Source of the DNA: Monocercomonoides exilis PA203
Lineage: Eukaryota > Protista > Preaxostyla
NCBI GenBank assembly: GCA_001643675.2
Contig: LSRY02000008.1
Span: forward strand, 1,240,001 to 1,304,000
Reading direction: 5' to 3'
DNA: 64,000 nt
In this document: piece after piece, positions 57,819 through 64,000 of the stretch
Layout of the letters: each line of letters opens with the position of its first letter
How positions within the stretch are numbered: position 1 is the stretch's first letter
Translations under genes and position numbers: made by a program
Notes under the pieces: generated by a model
What the model saw: only the letters and a program-made list of their open reading frames with translations
Database searches by the model: none
Told to the model about the DNA's origin: nothing

Positions 57819-59351
57819 TCCAATTTTATCTCATCACATTCCATATCTCTTGTTTCACTCTCCAAATAAACATTTTTCAATATTTCAACAGCATCTTCAG
57901 ATTATTCACCTTCAACCACTACGTCATCCCAAACCACATGCCTGATGAACAGCTGCCCTTTCTCATCAGTGTGTGATGCATATGATGGCGGAATTGTTCC
58001 CTCTCTGAACAATCCATTGGTTTCTCTGACTGCCTCAAACACTTCATTCGTTGGGTGTTGTCGGACAAGAAATGTTGAATGCACTGGAACTGAAACTAAT
58101 AAGAAACAGCCAGGGAGGCAGAACGAAACATTCAATGGAGCAAACTCATTCACTTGGTGTGAATGGAGCGGATCGAAGGCTACTGGAGAAGTTAGCTCAT
58201 ACGCCGATGGCTCTTCGAATGGTGGAGCAATTTGCATGTTCAGCTTATCGTCTGGAACGCTTTCAGTGAAATGCTGTTCGTTCAGCGGATGTGAAGCGTA
58301 TTATTCGGGAGGAGGCATTCATTGCTACAACATCAAATCGGTTGATATTACAAATAACACATTCGACTCATGCACTGCTCGAACATGGATTGGAGGAGGG
58401 ATGTGCATTTTAACAATTACAATTTGTGTTCGGATCAGCGGATGTGAATTCCAGAATTGCAAAGCATATAGCCATGGAGGAGGACTTTATCTTAATGATT
58501 TCAAGGTTTCAGGAACAGGATGCATTGGAGAAGAAAATGGAGGAGGGGAGAGTGCGTGTGTGTTTGACTGCAGTTTCACTTCATGTTCGGTTACAAATTA
58601 TTATGGTGGAGGCATGCGTTGTTACAATGTTCCTAATCAATTCAAAATGAGGAGCATTCAGTTTATTTCATGTTCTGCGATGTCAACTGGAGGAGGATTA
58701 CATTTGGAGCCATACAAACAAACAGCACCATCTGACGTGATTTATTGTTATTTCCTTTTCTTCCATGAATGCAAGTGCAGAACGGCTTCAATTCCATATG
58801 GGCATGACATAATCTATGCAGATTATTATAATGTATTTTTGAATTCAGGCAATCCGTTCTATGAATGTTACACAACGAACACAGATGAGAAGAGAATGTG
58901 CTATGCGTATAATTACTCGAATGCAGGTGCCTGGACATATAACCAAACATCAAAAAAGAATTGGCTGAAGGATAAGATGATTTATGTGTCAGTGAATGGG
59001 ATTGATTCATATGAGCTGTGTGGGGCAAATGAATCAAATCCGTGTCTAACAGTGAAGAAGGCATTCGAGATGTGTGAAATACAGATAAGCTTGGCAATCA
59101 CACTGATGGATGGGAATCACACAAGCGAGACAGCAACAATTGATATTGGGGAAAAGAAGGTTTCAATCATTGGGACGGGCAAAGATAAAAGTTCGATTGG
59201 AACAGGAGCACTTTCATCTACAGGAGCGTTGTTCAGTCTGACGAGTGGCCATTTGGGAATGAGCCATTTGAAGATTGATTGCAACTCAGCTGCGGGAACT
59301 TCGCCTAGTGTTGTTGTTGTATTTTATGAAAGAAAAAATATTTTCACTTGA
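57791..59351 (+). CDS. G9: Cys-rich beta-helix family protein (ORF 57945-59351, 468 aa); upstream family sequence frameshifted at ~57820
   Basis: VSESHFSSF at 57791 is followed by a deletion/frameshift relative to G3; family motifs resume in the 57945 frame; ends after SPSVVVV. Confidence 0.75.
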
Positions 59352-60378
59352 GTTTAGAAGCAAATTTGTCAAATGAGAAATGGAGAAAGATAATATCTCA
59401 AAAGTTATGTATTATTTGTTGAAATCTTTTTTTTTTTTTGATATTTTTAAATTTTGTTTGGTTTTGTGTTCAAATACAGGTTTTCATCATTTCACGATAA
59501 TTATTTGATTTTTTGTGAAATATCAAAATAATTTTTCTAAAATGCAAACATTTTTCACATGAAATGAAATTTTCAAATAAAAATGTGAAACACATTATTG
59601 AATTGAAAAATTTTCCATATTGGAAAGTTTGAAATATTTTGAAAAAGAAATGAAACAAATGAGTTGAGATTAACGAAATCTTATTAATCAATCAAATCTT
59701 AATCCTTGAAAATTAGAAAATCAAAATAATTAACGAACTATCCAAAATAATCAAATTACGAAAGAAGAAAAAAAAATTGAACTTAAATTCTTTTTCTGTG
59801 GAATAGATTTCAATAAAAAAGTTCATAATTGAAATTTTTGTGTTTCAAAGAATAAAATGCAAATTTCTTTGTGAATAGAAACGAAAAAAAAAAGACAGTT
59901 TTGTTGAAGAATTTAAAAATTCAAAATGATATCTTAAAAGTTTTATCAATGAAACAATAATTGTTTTCATTGAAAATTTATCCAGTAACTCTTATTCATT
60001 TCATTTATCTTCATCATTGAGCAGTCCTTTTATTTTGTAGGGCAAGAATAAGTATCAATTGGTTTTTGATGTGAATTATTTTGTATGATTTTATTGTTTT
60101 CAATGACATCAACTCAATCTTGTTGAATTTTTGCGAATTTGTTTCAATGCACAATTTTGTTAAAATCTCATTCTATTTTTTTCAGTTCAAAAATTAGTTC
60201 ATTTTTTCTTGGTGGACTCAATCTGCAGAAAATAATTTTTTCTAAAATTAAAAATGTTTCTCTATTTACAAATTTCAAAAAAATGTTAAGCTATCAATAA
60301 TTTTGACAAATTTTTATTTTTGATTAATTTTTCGATCTTTCGATAAAAAATTAAATCAAATATCAATTCTCATCATTT

Positions 60379-60631
60379 GGGTCATTCTTTTCGAAAAGTC
60401 GCAAATGTTTAATTTTTAAGTTTTATAAAAATGTTCCTTATTTGATCATTTTTTGTAAAAATTCAATCAGATTTCTCCCTCATGCACTTTTTCTCACATC
60501 AAATAGGTTTTTGAATTCAAATTTAATATGTGACAAAGATTACAGTATTCAAAGAAATAATTGGTCAAAAAATGTTCAATTTCATAAAACCCAAAAATAA
60601 AACATTTGCGACTTATCAATAAGAATGACCC
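60379..60631. mobile_element. Free-standing 253-bp MITE-like element with ~50-bp imperfect TIRs
   Basis: Left GGGTCATTCTTTTCGAAAAGTCGCAAATGTTTAATTTTT; right end reverse-complement GGGTCATTCTTATTGATAAGTCGCAAATGTTTTATTTTT; flanked by ATTT on both sides. Confidence 0.8.
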
Positions 60632-60818
60632 ATTTCTTTTTTTGTTTTTATTTTTGTTTCCGAACCAATTTTAATTAAATGATTTCATTAATATCAATAA
60701 AGTGTCATTATTGAAAGATCGATATTGCAGAAAAAGAAAACGAACAAAAACTCAAATGTTATTTTGAAAGGAAATTTATTTTTTTTTTCGAAAGGTGGAT
60801 TGGCTGGTTTTTATTTAT

Positions 60819-61083
60819 GGGTGATTATTTTTGAAATTATGGCATTTTTCGTGGTGTGAATTATTTTCTTTTTCACAGTTATTTGCAAAATAAATATTCT
60901 AAAAAAAAGTTTTTGATGCTTTCAAATTATTGACTTTTAAATGCATGTTGTCATAGAAAGACAAAAAATGTTCATATTTGATTTTAATAAAAAAAATAAT
61001 CAGATTTAATTAAAAGCATTTGTGACAAATTGTCCAACTTGAAAATTGTGTTACGAAGAATGTGAAATCAAAAAGAATCACCC
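60819..61083. mobile_element. 265-bp MITE-like element of the same broad TIR family
   Basis: AT|GGGTGATTATTTTTGA ... TCAAAAAGAATCACCC|AT (15/16 TIR match). Confidence 0.7.
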
Positions 61084-61681
61084 ATATGAAACAAAAATGT
61101 TGAAATATTTAAAAACAAAAGTATAGTCACTGAGCAAAATTCTGTTTCAATTCTGATTAAAAAAACTTATCTTTTAAATCTTATTCATATCTTTTCTGAT
61201 AAAAAATAACCATATTGCATGATCAAAGTTTCGAATAAATGATGGGAATAATGGAAAAAATATTTTGAACAATTTCAATTTTTTTCTGAAATAAAATAAA
61301 ATTAATGTTGAGAAATATGAATGTCTTGTTGAAATGGTTTTTTTTTTTGCAAATTTTGGATTTATATATTGAAACATAAAGAATAAAAGAAAAAACTCAA
61401 ATTCCAGGAAAAAAGACATTCATGATTGAATAATATTATGTTATTATTGATTATTAATTCATATAGAGTTTCATAAATAGTATGTTTTTTATCTTTCTTT
61501 TGAATGAAATACAAAAAAAGTTTCATCCTTTGATTGACACCAAAAATCAAGAAAAAATCGATTTTAAAAATACAAGATTTTTTTTTATTTTATATTCCAT
61601 CATTATTGTTTATGGAGATTATTCACAACAAAGTGTTTTTCAACTGTGGGATATTTTGTTTTTTCCCCACTATTTGAAGAT

Positions 61682-61938
61682 GGGTGATTATTTTTGAAAT
61701 CATTATTTCCCCCTTGAATTTATCAATTTGCAAATTCATCATTCTGTGAAAGAAATGAATAAAAATAGAGATGACATCACCGTTTCGATTCAGTGTCTTT
61801 CTTTTGTCTCTCATATTGTCATTATTAATAAACATCAATGTGTTGAACATTTCTTTTTTAATGAATACATTTTTTTATTTGAAACTGTCCGGCTGTCTTC
61901 ATTTTTAAATTAACATATGATTTCAACAATAATCACCC
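61682..61938. mobile_element. 257-bp MITE-like element of the same broad TIR family
   Basis: AT|GGGTGATTATTTTTGAAATCAT ... ATGATTTCAACAATAATCACCC|AT (21/22 TIR match). Confidence 0.8.
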
Positions 61939-62163
61939 ATGAAAATTTTGATGAGAATTTTCGTATTATCTCTTCACTGACTTTTTTTCATCAAAAGAAA
62001 ATGACAATTTTCTGAACAAAACCAACTATCTTTGAATTGTTCTGTTTTTCATCTGTTTCAAAATAATTTGGAATGATTTTTATAATTGTTGATTCTTGGT
62101 ATCAGAGTTTGTCTTTTGGTTCTATCTTTCTCTTTGTTTTCCAATCGCATTCATACAAAAATT

Positions 62164-62481
62164 TTAAAAAAGAAAGTGGAGAATCAATTCCTTCTCTTGT
62201 TTGAGAGACTCCACAATCTATGGGTCAGTCGCCCATTTGTATGTTTTGGTGAATTGGATAAAAACCACTTTTCGCTTATGAAACCAAAAGGCGCAAAGAG
62301 AAGGAACTGCAAAAAACACGAACAGTTTTGAAAACAGAACATCAAAGGGTGGGAGTGAAAACGGTGGTGGGCAAAGAGAAGGAATTGATTCTCCACTTTC
62401 TTTTTTAATTAAAGTGCATAAGCACCTTAATTATCAAGAAAGTGTTTCATCAATTCCTTCTCTTGTTTGAGAGAATCAATT
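62164..62481. repeat. Terminal repeat complex of the YR element: 35-bp perfect inverted repeat (62164-62198 / 62374-62408) plus 26-bp direct repeat (62183-62208 / 62449-62474)
   Basis: TTAAAAAAGAAAGTGGAGAATCAATTCCTTCTCTT and its reverse complement; ATCAATTCCTTCTCTTGTTTGAGAGA twice. Confidence 0.88.
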
Positions 62482-62752
62482 AGTTGGATGATGAAGCCAT
62501 CATTACTACCTCAGTGTGCGTCTTCTTTGCGTTGTTGCTCTCTTCCTCCTTTTTTGCTTGTGATCTTGTTCGAATAATGAATTGTTCTCCAAGTGACTTC
62601 TGTTCCTCCATCTCCTCATCAGGCTCGTCTACTCTAGAAGGGAATTCAACAGAATTTTTAGCTTCTTCCTCACTCAAACATGGCTTCATCAGGCGCTTCT
62701 TATCCCTCAGTACCATCCCAGATTCCATTTCTCGTCTCTCCTTTTTGTTCTT

Positions 62753-63778
62753 CTAGTCTCTGTCTGGTCTGACGCACATCTTGACACCATTTTCTGCACA
62801 CGAATTGTTTGCTAACTCTTCACTGGGAACATTCATAGTTGAGGCAATCACTTTCCCCAAGGTTGAAGCAAGACTGGCCTTCACATTATGCTTCACCAAA
62901 GTGTCTGTTCTAGTGGAAAGACTGGCAAACTTCGCAATCTGAGTTGGTGGAATTCCAGACATCGTTAGCGTTGAAAGCGTTGCAGCCTTTATTGAATAAG
63001 GAGTGAAATGGCCTGGAATTCCTGCTTCCTTCAACGTCTCCTTTGCCAATCGTCTAATACTTTTCACTGCAAGAGGATAAAAAGTTTCGGTATTTAAAAA
63101 CAATTTATTTCCATCTGGTTTTCTTTTCTTTATCTCTTCCCACAAAACTTGAATGGCCGAAGCTGGGCAAATTGAAGGGTTTTCATTTAAAAAAGGAACA
63201 GCATCCTCTGTTCGATTAAGAGATGTTTTTAGCCTTGTGTCTAGATATATTCCTTCCTGCTCGAATCTGGATTGTTCCATATCTACTCTTTCCAACTCTG
63301 TAAACCTGCACGCAGTGAATAACATGGTGAGCACAATGGCTTTCATTGTTAGATGTTTGAAACTCAAGCTTTGATTTTCTCCAAGCTTAGAAAAGAATGT
63401 CAGAATGGTCTTCGGATTCCAAATTTCTTGGACCTTCTTTTTTCTTGTCCTCTCTGTTCTTCTAAACCCTCTAAACAATATTTTTATTATCGGAATATCC
63501 CCTAAATTTGTGTTGTAAACCAAGCTTGTGAAAAATGAAACTGCTGAGCGGACGAGCTGCAAACATGACAGCTTCATTCCATTGTCTCTAAGTGTAATAA
63601 ATATACTGGAACATCGAGCTGCCCACTCGTGAATATCCTCTTGAATTATGCCCATATCACTCTTTTCCCACTGTTCTCCAAAGTGTGCGAAGCCGAATAA
63701 ATATCCATCCCACGTCGACTGAGCAATTCCCGATATGCACTCCTCTGCCAATGAAAATGGGAAAGATCTTTCTTCCAA
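62753..63778 (-). CDS. Tyrosine recombinase (DIRS-type), probably inactive; N-terminus likely in the frameshifted ORF 63646-63912
   Basis: STWDGY (N-terminal SAM-like domain), IWNP, LTMKAIVLTMLFTACRFTEL (catalytic Arg), ICPASAI, KLFL, LKEAGIPGHFTPYSIKAA (HxxR position = YSIK), TLVKHN (expected catalytic HY). Confidence 0.82.
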   Translation of the reverse strand: MEERSFPFSLAEECISGIAQSTWDGYLFGFAHFGEQWEKSDMGIIQEDIHEWAARCSSIFITLRDNGMKLSCLQLVRSAVSFFTSLVYNTNLGDIPIIKILFRGFRRTERTRKKKVQEIWNPKTILTFFSKLGENQSLSFKHLTMKAIVLTMLFTACRFTELERVDMEQSRFEQEGIYLDTRLKTSLNRTEDAVPFLNENPSICPASAIQVLWEEIKKRKPDGNKLFLNTETFYPLAVKSIRRLAKETLKEAGIPGHFTPYSIKAATLSTLTMSGIPPTQIAKFASLSTRTDTLVKHNVKASLASTLGKVIASTMNVPSEELANNSCAENGVKMCVRPDRD

Positions 63779-63803
63779 AGCCCTTCTCCACCAGCTCTCG
63801 CCT

Positions 63804-64000
63804 TTAACTCTGTGGATTGATCAATATGACTCTTAACTTGCCTGGAGGAAGACATGCACCTGTGCTTGCCATTGATGGACCCTTTCTCAGTACTGTTCTC
63901 AGACTCCTCCATTCGAATGTCCGATGAGGCGTCTTCTCCAATAGCACATCCCAGTTCTGCCCCCTCCAGTTCGGCAGGAGTAATACTACTGGTACTCTCT
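63804..64000 (-). CDS. C-terminal end of a DIRS-like pol ORF (methyltransferase-like tail downstream of RT/RNase H), 5'-partial
   Basis: Manual translation from 63998: RVPVVLLLPNWRGQNWDVLLEKTPHRTFEWRSLRTVLRKGPSMASTGACLPPGKLRVILINPQS*. The PxWxxQxWxxLL motif is typical of this position in DIRS elements. Confidence 0.65.
   Translation of the reverse strand, partial: RVPVVLLLPNWRGQNWDVLLEKTPHRTFEWRSLRTVLRKGPSMASTGACLPPGKLRVILINPQS

Larger units (their letters stand above)
42915..58176. repeat. Palindrome P3: arms 42915-50374 and 50688-58176 (~7.5 kb), ~313-bp diverged spacer
   Basis: Coordinate sums 101091 (outer), 101087 (G7/G8) and 101062 (inner, after a ~25-bp indel at ~51530-51570). Confidence 0.96.
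62164..64000 (-). mobile_element. 3' end of a DIRS-like tyrosine-recombinase retrotransposon (partial, decayed)
   Basis: End of a pol-type ORF, followed by a YR ORF, followed by terminal inverted/direct repeats; this is the DIRS gene order. GC content is higher than in the flanking DNA. Confidence 0.75.

Noticed and set aside
22970-58740. Diversity-generating retroelement (adenine-specific mutagenesis) as the source of beta-helix variability
   Set aside because: No template/variable repeat pair differing only at adenines and no DGR-type RT were seen; differences involve all bases and come in shared blocks, which fits recombination better.
59352-62160. Telomeric repeats, tRNA or rRNA genes in the AT-rich stretches
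   Set aside because: No TTAGGG-type arrays, cloverleaf or rRNA-like sequence was recognised by eye anywhere in the window; tRNAscan or Rfam would be needed for certainty.
62753-63778. Bacterial or phage integrase from contamination or a prophage
   Set aside because: The upstream PxWxxQxW pol tail, the terminal repeat layout and continuity with eukaryotic AT-rich DNA fit a DIRS-type retrotransposon; no phage genes are present.

Overview
Eukaryotic, AT-rich protist DNA. The GT-AG intron, (TCT)n poly-Ser/(GAA)n poly-Glu inflated proteins and Cys-rich GGG beta-helix gene family strongly resemble an oxymonad such as Monocercomonoides; this is an inference. The left 15 kb holds two divergent housekeeping genes only 87 bp apart. 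One is a giant kinesin-8 (KIF18/KIF19-like, minus strand, 1 intron, runs off the window start); the other is Vps41 (HOPS subunit). From ~11.9 to ~58.2 kb the sequence is dominated by three giant DNA palindromes: P1 with ~8.7-kb arms (centre ~20590), P2 with ~2.7-kb arms (centre ~40109) and P3 with ~7.5-kb arms (centre ~50531). A 3.3-kb spacer cassette is present in three copies. The region carries nine truncated, mosaic paralogues of a Cys-rich right-handed beta-helix (Pmp/pectin-lyase-like) protein family and an inverted, 5'-truncated copy of Vps41. The main new observation is that each palindrome is centred on a ~240-255-bp inverted-repeat element (TIR ~GGGTNATTCTTTTTGAAAAGTCGCAAATG), clearly in P2 and more degenerately in P1 and P3. 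Free-standing copies of this element sit at 60.4-61.9 kb. Palindrome ends fall inside paralogous genes or poly-Ser microsatellites and create chimeric genes whose beta-helix rungs carry hypervariable, shuffled loops. This suggests MITE-seeded fold-back amplification coupled to diversification of a surface-protein family; an amplification or assembly artefact must be excluded. The window ends in a decayed DIRS-like tyrosine-recombinase retrotransposon with its terminal repeat structure. All alignments were done by eye, so breakpoints are approximate to a few bp.
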